A stretch of 63,365 bases of DNA, filler included, from Atractiella rhizophila (taxonomy: Eukaryota): assembly GCA_021432655.1 (NCBI GenBank). It is 32 parts of 32 records of this genome, joined end to end, with 100 filler letters (N's around TTAATTAATTAA, not from the genome) between each part and the next. Parts side by side here need not be neighbours in the genome. Positions count along the whole stretch, not along the records: positions 1 to 1,931 come from MU272817.1; positions 2,032 to 3,959 come from MU272818.1; positions 4,060 to 5,985 come from MU272819.1; positions 6,086 to 8,006 come from MU272820.1; positions 8,107 to 10,024 come from MU272821.1; positions 10,125 to 12,038 come from MU272822.1; 26 more parts are not named here. One strand, 5' to 3'. Shown in pieces: positions 1-10,854 of this stretch; positions within the stretch are counted from its first letter, which is position 1, and the number at the start of each line of letters is the position of its first letter. The notes beneath the pieces are model-generated. The model saw only the letters and a list, made by a program, of their open reading frames with translations. It did no database searches and was not told where the DNA came from. Made by a program: the position numbers and the translations under genes.

Positions 1-102
1 GGTAGACTGTTTCAGAGCGAATTCTTTTCTCCCTCTTTGGCTGTGTCTTAGTAGGCTCTCTCTTCCTGTTATGTCTTCCCTGACAGAGCATCGTGGCAAC
101 AG

Positions 103-1931
103 CTTGAAGACTTACTCCGACTCCATTGGGATAACTCATTATCTAGTCAATAGATTATCTGAATTCGATAGATCTGAGGTTGAGTTCTACTGGCCACAAC
201 TTTGGTGAGTTGTTGTACATCAGGCTAGCTTTGGGATTTGAGACGCGTTGTCAGTCATTTGCTTGTTACGAGGCCAACAGAGTCTACAGCGTTAGAGACA
301 TTCATCATTCAAAGATGCGAAGAGTCTACACATACGGCTATGCTGGTAAAATCGTCTGCTCCTTAAACGACCCTTGACTCTTCTGAATTGCTTGAATTGC
401 GCAGACTCTTTGGTTTCTTCAAACCTACCTCCATGACTTCTCACAGTCTTCCTCTCGCTCGTCTCTCAATCCTAGCGACAGTCCCTCCTTCGTCATTACG
501 CGAAGAGCTTTCAACAAAGTCCAACACATCATCTTTTCCGATCCAGATGTCAGCGATTTTCTGCCGCCAGGTGACGAAGACATTTACGCCCATCAAACAT
601 CTGCGGTCGCTTTACAAGCCCAAAAGCAGATTGGCTTTAAGGGAAAGATGAAGGAGAAGCTTGCTCCCAAAGCTGCGCCAGTGACAGTCGGCATTGGTAT
701 CATGGCCGGATCCATTGGAATGCCCAAACTTGCAGGCAGCGGACAGCTAGCACTCGACCAAGCGAAGAAACATTGGGGAGATGGACAGTTCATCTTGGAG
801 AAGGAGGAGGCGGATGGATCGGAGCAGAAGGAAATAGAGAGCGAAGAGGATTCTCCTCCTCGCGGTCAACCAACCGTCTCATCGATTTTCAGCACTATTC
901 CGAAACCTAAAATACTTCAAAAGAAATCCATCAAAGATTCCCCATCCTCCCATTCAGAGGTACCTCCCAAACCCATTTCTTACATTCCCGGAGCCCGACT
1001 GACAAGCGATTACGCCATATACCAATCTCAGAGCACATCCAGCCTGCCCAACAAGCCCCGAACTTCTGCGCCAATTGAACGTTCTGCACTTTCCCCCACT
1101 TCTCCTGACTCACCTACTACAACGAAGCAGGATAGCAATACCAAGACTTCTGCCCACTTGGGCAGGTCGCCATCGAGCTCGCAGTTGCCTCTTAAAACAG
1201 GACCATCGTTTTCACTTTCTTCATTGCCCAACGCTAGTCTAAACCCCTACATGAAATCACATTCTCAGCTCTCATCATCGCACTTGGGGAAGAACGGTCA
1301 ACGACTTCCCAAGGCATACCTTGCTGCCCTTTTGCGTTTGCAGGCTTGCCGGAAACAACTGAATCTTATTAACACATTACAGGACATTTCGACGAGGCTG
1401 GTTATCGTTCCAAAAAAGGCTCGCTTGTCTTCGCTTCGAGCAGAACTTACCGTGCTCAACCACAGCCTCCCCGTTGGAACCTGTATTGGGATGGATTGTG
1501 ATGGCGAAGGCAAGAATCCTGTGGAAGATGCATCATCGTCCAAGAATGGATATAGGCCGCACCACCGGATCATACGCATCGCTCCATCCGAAGCCGTGGT
1601 CCTCAATTCTGCAGACAGGGCACCATTTCTGATCATGGTTGAAGTTCTCGTCGATGACTTGGACTTTGATCCCGACCGAAGACAAAACGCAGAGGACCTA
1701 AGAGAGATAATCGGTTCAGTCAGCCGAGGATCGAGCACACTGGATCTCCGTACCGGGCGTTCACCTCTTCCTTCTCCCTCACCACATACACGATCACACA
1801 CTGCGGGTTCATACCTGGATGGTCCGGAACGGAACAGATCTGACGACTCAGAATCCTCTACAGACGCTTCGCCCCCCCTGCAAACGCAGGAGCGACGGAA
1901 CACAGACGCGACGGTGATCGGCCCCGCGAGC
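103..1931 (+). CDS. PIK1: Phosphatidylinositol 4-kinase III beta (Pik1), N-terminal/central part, multi-exon, 3'-truncated
   Basis: Spliced exons give LKTYSDSIGITHYLVNRLSEFDRSEVEFYWPQL / HLLVTRPTESTALETFIIQRCEESTHTAML / TLWFLQTYLHD (helical domain). The exon from 405 is open into ORF 648, which carries LRAELTVLNHSLP and HHRIIRIAPSEAVVLNSADRAPFLIMVEVL, typical of Pik1. Confidence 0.9.
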
Positions 1932-2031
1932 NNNNNNNNNNNNNNNNNNNNNNNNNNNNNNNNNNNNNNNNNNNNTTAATTAATTAANNNNNNNNNNNNN
2001 NNNNNNNNNNNNNNNNNNNNNNNNNNNNNNN
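1932..2031. other. Artificial contig linker N44-TTAATTAATTAA-N44 (first of 31)
   Basis: An identical 100-bp spacer recurs starting at 1932, 3960, 5986, 8007, 10025, 12039, 14052, 16063, 18073, 20083, 22083, 24077, 26070, 28060, 30049, 32037, 34024, 36005, 37985, 39951, 41915, 43878, 45838, 47796, 49750, 51703, 53654, 55604, 57550, 59495 and 61431. TTAATTAATTAA gives stops in six frames. Confidence 0.99.
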
Positions 2032-3135
2032 TTCCCTCTTGAAGGGGTATTCCTTCAAGGTGTCCTCCACACTCTCCCTGATAACTTCCCAATTAGCCTT
2101 TTTCAGGTTGAGTCTTCCTCGGTCCGCTGGTGGCTGTTTTTGGAGGTTGAAGGTGGTGAGGATGGGGAAGTGGTCAGAGCCGTGGTTCAACTCGGGGTCA
2201 TGGGATGTAACACATTTCTCTACTAGGTCATCAGCCTCTGCATTCAAAAACACGAGGTCTATGACTGTTTGAGATTCCCTCGACGCCCAGGTGACCACCC
2301 CTGGCTCCGACCTTAGCTCCATCCCTTCTTCCGTCAATCTCGCCAATAGCTCGTCAGCTTTCGCATCCCTTCGAAGATAGCCTTCTTGGTTCCAGAGATC
2401 GTGGTGGAGGTTGAAGTCACCCCCGATGTAAAGGAGGAAATTGCTCTCAGTGCTGAAATCAGAACAAATTTTAGTAATAAGGGGAAATAACACGGAGAAG
2501 GTTTCGGACATCAAATCTGCAGCGTTGTACACATTAAGAAAGACAAATGTATAAGATGGGAGAGTAATCTGAACTGCGGAGATTTCAGGGGCAGGAGAGA
2601 CGATTTGAGAGACAGAGCTGGCGGGAATGGAGGAGGAGTTGATGAGGATGGTGGATCTGGAGTTAGGGGACTGAGAAAAACGGTTCCAGCCGTGGTAAAA
2701 AGGAAGTGAATCGCCGGGTGTAATATAAGGTTCTTGAATAAGGAGAATATCGAAACGTGAATGAGCGGAAGATAAGAGAGAATGGAACGTTGGGGACGAC
2801 TTCTGCGTGTTGTATTGACAAACGCGAAGACGAGAAGGATGAAGAGAACTGAAGGAAGAGGACTCCCGTTCGCTTGAAAGGCTATCCCCATGATAAGAGA
2901 AATCAGCGCTAGGGGACTGCTGAGGGGAGGAAACAAGGAAAGGGTTGCAGAAGGAAGAGGGGAGGGAGGGGGGCGGGGAGGGCGATGGAGGAGGTCGTTG
3001 GTGATTGGTGGAGTAGGAGAGGGGTGAGAGGGATTGGGGACATCCGTTACAAAATGAGGGAGAAGAAGAATTATTCAAGAAAGAACTTAGCTGGTTAAGA
3101 GGTTGCTCCAGTATGGGTGAGGTGTCTCCGCTCAT
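2032..3135 (-). CDS. LINE ORF2, apurinic-like (APE) endonuclease domain (3'-partial, RT beyond contig end)
   Basis: Motifs QYN, ILLIQEP, NVY, GDFNLHHDLW, IDLVF and SDHFPI, followed by NLKKANWE. Confidence 0.93.
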
Positions 3136-3959
3136 TTCGCATAGAACCGAGAGGAGCCCACCTGGATTCTGTGCGAAAGTCTTGCATTGTTAATCACCTC
3201 ACACTCCATACCTTTGCAAAGAGCATTGTGTTCTGTGGAATTACATAAAGAGCATTTTATAGGTCTATGGGAGCAGTTTTGCACGTCACGGCATGGATTG
3301 GGATTCGTGCAGGAAAGTGTACAAGATTTCGTAAAATGGGGACCGGCGCATACTCCACAGGAGACAGGAGCCTTGCACCTCGCGGCGGTGTGGCCAGGCT
3401 GTTGACACTTAAAACATCTCAGCACGTCACGGATTGACTTTTCCACCGTATACGCTTTCCCGTCGATGACGAGACCGAATTCGATCAAGGCGTCCGCAGT
3501 CGAGGAGTGGTCGACTACTAGGATGAGGGAGGAGTGTGTCTTGACCTTCTCCTGTGAGGAGGCTGTTTGTTTCTTCGTTCGGCACCAGTTCATCTTGAGG
3601 ATGTGGTCACATAAGTTGAGATTGAAGGGTTCGATGCGACTACGAACCTCTTCCGGGTTATCGATGTCGAAGGAGGAGGGGACTGCATGAACAATGATTG
3701 GGTAAGTCTTACGTTTGATGGACCATCCACTTTCGAGGTGTGGTAACCACACCTCTTGGGATTCGATCGCAAGTTGTACTTCACTGGCATAATAAAAGTG
3801 CAGTCTAAGGTCGCCGCTCTTGAGCCTCTGAGCGGCGCGGATTCTTAGATGAGGCTTCATCTTCGCTGCTATCCTCTCCTCCCTAGGTGTCTTTTCATAG
3901 ACTTCGCTAGGGATGTTCTTTGTCCTGAAGATGTCGTTGAAGGTGGCGACAATCTTTCG
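3132..3959 (-). CDS. LINE ORF1 gag-like nucleic-acid-binding protein (5'-partial)
   Basis: LKSGDLRL motif plus knuckles CFKCQQPGHTAARC, CGVCAGPHFTKSC and CSLCNSTEHNAL..C. Confidence 0.88.
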   Translation of the reverse strand, partial: RKIVATFNDIFRTKNIPSEVYEKTPREERIAAKMKPHLRIRAAQRLKSGDLRLHFYYASEVQLAIESQEVWLPHLESGWSIKRKTYPIIVHAVPSSFDIDNPEEVRSRIEPFNLNLCDHILKMNWCRTKKQTASSQEKVKTHSSLILVVDHSSTADALIEFGLVIDGKAYTVEKSIRDVLRCFKCQQPGHTAARCKAPVSCGVCAGPHFTKSCTLSCTNPNPCRDVQNCSHRPIKCSLCNSTEHNALCKGMECEVINNARLSHRIQVGSSRFYAK

Positions 3960-4725
3960 NNNNNNNNNNNNNNNNNNNNNNNNNNNNNNNNNNNNNNNNN
4001 NNNTTAATTAATTAANNNNNNNNNNNNNNNNNNNNNNNNNNNNNNNNNNNNNNNNNNNNAAGGTTCAGTTCACTCCTGAAACTTACAACAGAGTCTACGG
4101 CGCCTTTTTGCAGCGGACGAGCAGGCTATCAGCCGATACTCTGAGCGCTATAAACAGAGCAGCCTGTAAGTCTCTTTCAATGTCTACTGTGAGGCCGCTC
4201 AGACATGCTCAGATGGACAAACTTCCTCAAGCCCTGCGATCTCCCTTGCAGGACCTTCTGTCACACCTGTCGACGCGGCGGCAAAGGACGCTGACGACCT
4301 TGCAAGGTGCCTGGGCCTCTCGTCAGAATCTCGATCTCCACCTAGTTTCATTGATCCATCTCTACTGAATGAACCGATCACTCTTGATCATCCTGCGGCA
4401 TTTTTTGGAGCTGATCAAGCAGAGGAAGCACAAGAACATGAAGGGGACTCAGATATGCTCGACTATGGGACCGTGCGAACTGGACAATCGTGGCCAAAGG
4501 ATGTATTTGCTGCGGGTCGCATGCAAGGGATGGAGATTGACGAAGCGGAGCAACAGCATGATGGTGGGTGGGGATTTTGATGAATTTCAAGACTGAGCTA
4601 CGGAGGAATATTGGCCAGTTGAGGTAACCCTTAGATTACAGCTTTACTTTAATAATCATGGATTTCACAATGTACAACAAGAGAAGCGAACCACTACAAG
4701 GACGGACAGTGATACAAAGGAGTCG

Positions 4726-4888
4726 ATAGTGCATAGCTCATAGCGCTATAGCGATATAGCGACATGGCACGCCTAGCTGATGGGGCAATAGCAGTGCTCC
4801 TATCGTGCTACCATAGAGCCCAGGTGACAAAAACCCTATGAGCTATCCTAGGACGTATAGGGTCATAGCCACCGCTCAGAAACTGCTG
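4726..4888. repeat. ATAGC/GCTAT-rich subterminal repeat tract ending in CTCAGAAACTGCTG; probable DNA-transposon terminus
   Basis: Dense ATAG(C)/(G)CTAT motifs in both orientations end at ...CTG, so the reverse strand begins CAG. The tract lies downstream of the 3' end of an ORF (4060-about 4580). Confidence 0.45.
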
Positions 4889-6551
4889 ATGTTTAGATCA
4901 GTCGGTGCCAAATGAAATGACAATCAACTCAGTCTATCATGGTCAAAATTCAGTCCGGCGTTTTTCACTACCGTCAAAATTCAGTCTCCACTCGAAAGAC
5001 CTCACACCGCTTTTTATTAGCTTCCGGATTTATTCAGCCTTTTTTCAGTTCATATTCAGTCTCAAGGTCACAATTATTTACTTTCTTGATATGAAAATGC
5101 ATTGCAATATATATATTCAATACCTAGTAACAACACTCAAGCTCACCTTTTGGCCATACCACTTCTAGAAGTTATCTCGAAAGCAGACGAATCTGTTATG
5201 CACAAAATCAATACCGCAGTTTACCTTTTGAAATAAGATCTCAGGCCCTCTGCTCTCATCATATCAGAAAGAGAGTACTAACCATGCTTCCCACCCCTTT
5301 CAATACTTCTTGTCTGCCTCAAACGTGCAAGGATCAGAAGTTAGCGGTATTAACAGAAAGTAAACATACCACTGTCAAAGCCACTAGCCAAGCCAATTAG
5401 TCCAAACTGCAAACCAAATAATCTGTCACCCCCATTAACCTTCGTTAATACGAAGAGCACGTTAGCGAGTGGCAAGACCGACCTGGAAACTTCAATCTGC
5501 TTCTAAGCTCAGAATGCATATAAGGTCTAGCTCATGTGATCAGACATTGTGAAAAACAATAAGAAAACTTACAGTCTTATCTCATGACGGAAGTCAGTGT
5601 GGCTATATGGTAACACGAAGCTGTGTCAGAACGCCTTCATCTGATAGGAAACAAGAATCAAGTAAAAACAAACAGAAGTGATATGTACAAAGCAATGCAC
5701 AAAGAAAGCACAAAAGAGCGGAAATCAGAAGTAAGCAGCAACCTATTGATATGAATGTGCTTGGTCTAACATTTGTACGGTTAGTGCCTGAAAATCATGA
5801 GTCTACTACACTTTATATGTGAAGTGTGACTGTATCACATATGAGCATCTTGTTGGCTACTGCAGAACCATCACCAACCTAAACAATACGTACAATTTTC
5901 GGATCTTTAGCATCTGAAAGAATTCCTGGCTAGCTATTGTTTGATATCGGTTGAGAGTAGCACAAGCATCTGATGGATTGGGGAGNNNNNNNNNNNNNNN
6001 NNNNNNNNNNNNNNNNNNNNNNNNNNNNNTTAATTAATTAANNNNNNNNNNNNNNNNNNNNNNNNNNNNNNNNNNNNNNNNNNNNAGATTGGCCCGGCCA
6101 ATATCTCAGTATTGCGCCTCATTTGAAGCGATACTCCTCGCATCCCGAGCCGTCGAGCACGTTTAACGTGGTCTATACCATTTGCTCAATCAGGTGTTAA
6201 ATTGCTGCTCCAGCCAGTACTGTGCATTATCCCGTTCCATCTGCTTCAGGCATGAAATGGACCCTGAGGTCAGCAATGGAGCTGGAAGAATTCCAGTTCT
6301 AAGGAGTTGGCTAGAAATTACATTGAATGTATTGATCCTTGCATGTGAAATGTATGACAATTTAAACAAGAGGTGGAGGCAAGAGTCTCCAATAGAGGAA
6401 ACATGACATTGCCCTCTAGTTGCTTGTCTGTAATGCTAACAATTTTGGGGTAGCAGTATCTTCCCCAGTTGCGGACTTTGACTTTAACATCAATCTCTTC
6501 TACGAACACACTTACCCGTCGGTTATTCTCACAGACTTCCACTCTTCCGTC

Positions 6552-7835
6552 ATGCAAGACTCCCAACCAGGCCCGCCCTTTCCTTCGTTAACCGGCATCG
6601 GCTCCACACTTTCCTCATCTTCCCCCGTTCGGTTGGTTATCAGAGTATACGACCTCCTGCCTCCTTCCACCCTGGGCAACTTGCTCAATTTCACCGGTTT
6701 CGGAATACATCACACGGCTATCCTGTTTCCAGGGATGGTCCCACCTTTGGAATTTGCTTATGGCGGACACGACGAGGATTTCACCGGTGTGTTCGTGACT
6801 GGACCCTATGGAAGTGGAGGGGCGATGAAATTAAGATGGTATATGGATTTGGAAGTTGGTGAATGTTTCGGAGAGCAGTGGGAGAAGGAGTTCGGGAGAG
6901 GAGGGAAGAATCTGAAGAGGAAGAGAAGTTTGGAACGTGGGGAAGAGGGGAAGGAAGTGAAGGGATTGAGGAAGTTGGGGAACCGTAATGAGGCTAATTC
7001 GACTTCAAACCTCATTTCAGGTTCGGGAGGACCAACTCAGTCCCCTCCACAACGAGCAGACTCACTACTCCCTCCTTCGCGCCAAAATACAACTTCTTCT
7101 TCAACCGCTGACTCATACGACTATCCCCATCGCTCCTTCACAGACGTACCCATGTCGAACTTTGTGCTCGACTCTACCGAGTCTCTTGACGATGTCGACG
7201 AATGGGGAAGCAAGAGACGACTCTCTACCCTCACCACTGGCACGACAGGGACAAACACAACAGCTACTTCGGTACAGTCGACCGCTCCTTTGACGAATGG
7301 CGATTCGAGCGAACGGTACGGAGAGGACGAGGAAGGGTGGGAGGATGAACTACCCACGAAGGGAATGGAGGGGCTGAAGAGGGCTCTAAAGGTTGTGGAG
7401 GGAATGAGGAGTGAGGAGAGGTGGAGAGGGAATCGATACGAATTGCTGACCAAGTTTGTTTCTCGTTCTTCCTGACTCTCACAAAAGTTGATGAGTTGTG
7501 ATTAGTAACTGCAACACGTTTACGTCCGAGCTCGCTTACAAGCTAACTGGCCGTCGTGCACCCGGTTGGCTCAATCGTGCGTTGTTTCTCCTTCTTCCAA
7601 CTTCAGCACTGAACGCGGGAATTTGGCAACAGGAGCCGCCTGGTTCGGCAAATCTTTTCCATGCCTCGTCCCTGCCGACTGGATTGAACCTCCGCCAGCT
7701 ACCTCTGCGGCGCCGACAACGCATGAGAGAGATACAGAGGTCGTGAATGTGAGCTATGACGAGAGGAAGAAGGACAGGATGACGGTGGAGGCGAGTCGAG
7801 TCGAGATGGTACCTCTGAGTCCATCGACGACTTGA
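6552..7835 (+). CDS. PPPDE/DeSI-family (DUF862) deSUMOylating/deubiquitinating peptidase, 3 exons (6552-7453, 7506-7576, 7633-7835)
   Basis: VYDL, GIHHT (catalytic His), EFAYGGH and GVF. After splicing, YELLTNNCNTFTSEL (catalytic Cys, NCN) and PGWLNRAAWFG..FPCLVP. Introns are GT-AG. Confidence 0.9.
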
Positions 7836-8106
7836 ACGGGATGGAGCCAGCGTGGATATCTATTTAATACCACTTCCATTATCATGATGTTAAATTGTCT
7901 GAGTTGTTTATTTTTGCGCCATTGAGGATTTGGATACCCTTTGTTCACGGTTCACTATGTTTGTGTAACTTGCTTCCCTTGAAATGTTGTGCATAGCTCT
8001 TTGATGNNNNNNNNNNNNNNNNNNNNNNNNNNNNNNNNNNNNNNNNNNNNTTAATTAATTAANNNNNNNNNNNNNNNNNNNNNNNNNNNNNNNNNNNNNN
8101 NNNNNN

Positions 8107-9439
8107 GCTGAAGGAAAGCATACGCGTCCCATTTTCCATTTGAGTCTCTGTGTCTCCTGCCACTCCTCAACCTTCGCCCTGTCCTTCAACAGCTTCTTAT
8201 CAAAGCCTTCAAAAACCCCAAAAGAGCGCAAGTTCCTCAAATCTGTCTTGTCCCTCATATCCGCAAACGCTTCAGACGGATCTTCTACCGTCAACTCTTT
8301 GATTTCATTCCGTATTAGAACGTGTCGATAGACAAGATTGTAGAGCGCTGAGCCGTGGCCTGTCCCTTGGTGGGGAGGAGTTATGATGAATTGCCTGAAA
8401 GATCTTCAGTCCAACTGGTTAAATCATGGTTAAGAACGTACGCTAGTCGGAGGCGGGTGCTGTCTGGCCAGAAGTGGAAGCGGTATAATGTCGTGTAGCC
8501 GACCAAATGGTAAGCCACGTCGGAAGTGCTGAAAATTTTACGTTTCTCGTATCTGAGTGACTGTCAGCAAGAATGAAAAGAAAGGGATTAGACGAACAAA
8601 GCTACAAACTCCCAACGATCATCTTCTTCTTCAATGTAGGTGCCACCCTCAATCTCCAGTTGCACAAAGAACTGCATCCTTCTATGCAGCTCCAACCAGC
8701 CGGGAGTTTTAGCCGTTGCCTGTCGGACTATGAATGACGGAGAACAAAGAGTCGCACTAGAACTTACAAGATACGCTTCATAAACTACCTCTTCGTCCCA
8801 TGCTTCTCCTTCCGGAGCGTACGCGAACTCCCACCTGGCGTCTGTGGCTTCTTTGCCTGGTCGATAGCAACCAATCCTTTCTCCCACAGGTTTGAACTCT
8901 TTCTCTTCACTCTCCAAAAGTGCCTCGAAGTCTTCCAGGTTCTTAAGATATGCTGCATAGGCAGAATGAGTATGTCACTTAAAGACAGGAAGAAAGGTTG
9001 GGTTGAAGGACGAACAAGGAGGAATGAAGTCGTACAGGCTCCGTTCGATCCCTGACGCGTCGTAGTTCGGAAGAGCTTTGTCGTAAGTCACATTCAGATA
9101 CATCTTGAGGCTTCCAGAGACCATTCTCAACTAACCCAAAACCGCCAGTTAGTGCCATTCTCTGGTTATAATTGAGCTAGTGCACGTCTATCTCAAGCCC
9201 TTTGTATCCAGGGATTAATTCCTCCTGTCCAAATATCGGGTACACAAAGGTCGGATGAAAGGAGGCGAGTAATTCCTTGTCCTCGCCTTGTAAAGACCTG
9301 GCGGAATTCTTTGCCCGTGCTACAGCGTCATTGATTACAATCCCTCTTTTAGGTGCAAGAAATATTGCTCACAAAGAGTCAGTTTCATGGCCTTCTTGCC
9401 ATCGCAAGACCATGCCGCTTCGTGTGCCATTGACGCCAT
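8107..9439 (-). CDS. HAT1: Histone acetyltransferase type B catalytic subunit, multi-exon, 3'-truncated
   Basis: FHPTFVYPIFGQEELIPGYKGL, LHRRMQFFVQLEIEGGTYIEEEDDRW, YHLVGYTTLYRF, QFIITPPHQGTGHGSALY and ELTVEDPSEAFADMRD. Confidence 0.95.
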
Positions 9440-9952
9440 GATGCTCTGAATAAAGGTCGACGCGTTCAGCTTAGTTGGCCGTATTTGTTCAGTCTCCACA
9501 TGGATCACACACTCTGAAGCACAACCCCAACGATGTGCGTTAAACACAATACCGTCTTCGAGACAGAAAGTGTGAGGTCGTGTTGGCCCAGTAGATGTGA
9601 GATGTTTGCGTAATTCGTGATGTGAGTTCCAGTTTCCAAGTTTATGCTGTCTCGTATGTTTTCATTCTGCTGTCATGGAAAAAGAAAATTATATTTGTGA
9701 CGCCGTGTAGAGCAGAGGAGAACTTGCCGAGTAGAAATCCTGCCTGCCACTGAACTTAGAAGCGAGGTGTGAAAAGTAGAGATACGATTTGTCAGCCCAT
9801 TAGTTTATTGTCTCCAGCTTCTTCGCAAATAGAGTGCGACTGTCAACTGGGAGCCACATTAGGCAGAATGCAGCAGCCTGACGTAAAGCCGTAATAGTAA
9901 CCCGGGTCATCATCTGAGCTCACGCGCTCGCGTGTCATCTACCAACATAACC

Positions 9953-10024
9953 ATGTCTCGAAATTGCATTTTCGTTGATGGCGACTCTTACCTTGGTTAT
10001 TATTGGACCGTCACGGAACGAGCC
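9953..10024 (+). CDS. Possible 5' end of a divergent gene (Rossmann/NmrA-like start)
   Basis: ACCATG context followed by MSRNCIFVDGDSYLGYYW, open to the contig end. Only 24 codons are visible. Confidence 0.25.
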
Positions 10025-10124
10025 NNNNNNNNNNNNNNNNNNNNNNNNNNNNNNNNNNNNNNNNNNNNTTAATTAATTAANNNNNNNNNNNNNNNNNNNN
10101 NNNNNNNNNNNNNNNNNNNNNNNN

Positions 10125-10461
10125 GAGGACGGCGTCCTTGGTTGACAGGGTACTCCTCATCCCCGACATCAATCTACGACGTTTGGCCATCAAGTGGCGC
10201 GCTGGCCGCTTCGGATTCAGCCGAACCCGCTCCTGCGGTCTCCCTTTCTCTCGCGGCCATGTTCAATGTTTGATTGCATCTCTCGGTTTCTTCTCTTCTG
10301 TTGACTGCCCTTTCACGGATCTCTCCCAGTTCTCCTCAGTTCCTCTACCTTCTTTCCCCAATTCTTCAATCTTAGATTCTCTCATTGCTCATAGAGATAA
10401 CTCATTTTCTTCCATTGCTTATCAAACCCTCCTTGTTTGGTTCAACTTCCTTAGTTCATAA
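10125..10461 (+). mobile_element. Probable 3' end of a non-LTR retrotransposon ORF2 (degenerate C-terminal Cys/His motif)
   Basis: DRVLLIP..RRLAIKWRAGRF..TRSCG..SRGHVQC..ILDSLI resembles the R..RWR.G..C.C..R.H..C C-terminal motif of fungal LINE ORF2. Confidence 0.4.
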
Positions 10462-10854
10462 CTGATCCGTAGTCATTCCTGCAAATTCACTCTTAATCCC
10501 CCCCTTTTTATATAAGGATTGCAACAAGCTATAATCGCCGAAGCTACCCGAACAGGACACATCTTTGTTATTTGAAAAATGCTGGACTAACTGTGAGGCA
10601 TCCTGAAATGTAACCTGAAGGTTATAACGCCAGCGAATCGATGCTTGAAAACAATACAGACCATGGCGCTCCGCATCTTTCGGAGCACCCCTAACAGGAG
10701 CGCCGCAATGATGAAGGGATACAGTAGAGCGGAACAGCGCAAGTGCAACGGAGAGGTTGAGCAGACAGTAAAGGAAGCATATAAAGACCAATGAGCAGCC
10801 TAGCCGGACGGACATTACTAGGGTGTGCAAGAAGCAAGAAAAAAAACGACATGA

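Larger units (their letters stand above)
2032..3959 (-). mobile_element. Non-LTR retrotransposon (LINE, Tad-like), internal fragment spanning ORF1 C-terminus and ORF2 endonuclease
   Basis: A gag-like zinc-knuckle ORF1 is directly followed by an APE endonuclease ORF2, with no stops or frameshifts across the contig. Confidence 0.92.

Noticed and set aside
1298..1903. Long antisense ORFs here and at 31179-31820, 44247-44702, 51747-52361 and 60272-60763
   Set aside because: They are shadows of well-supported or longer ORFs on the opposite strand, with no independent evidence.
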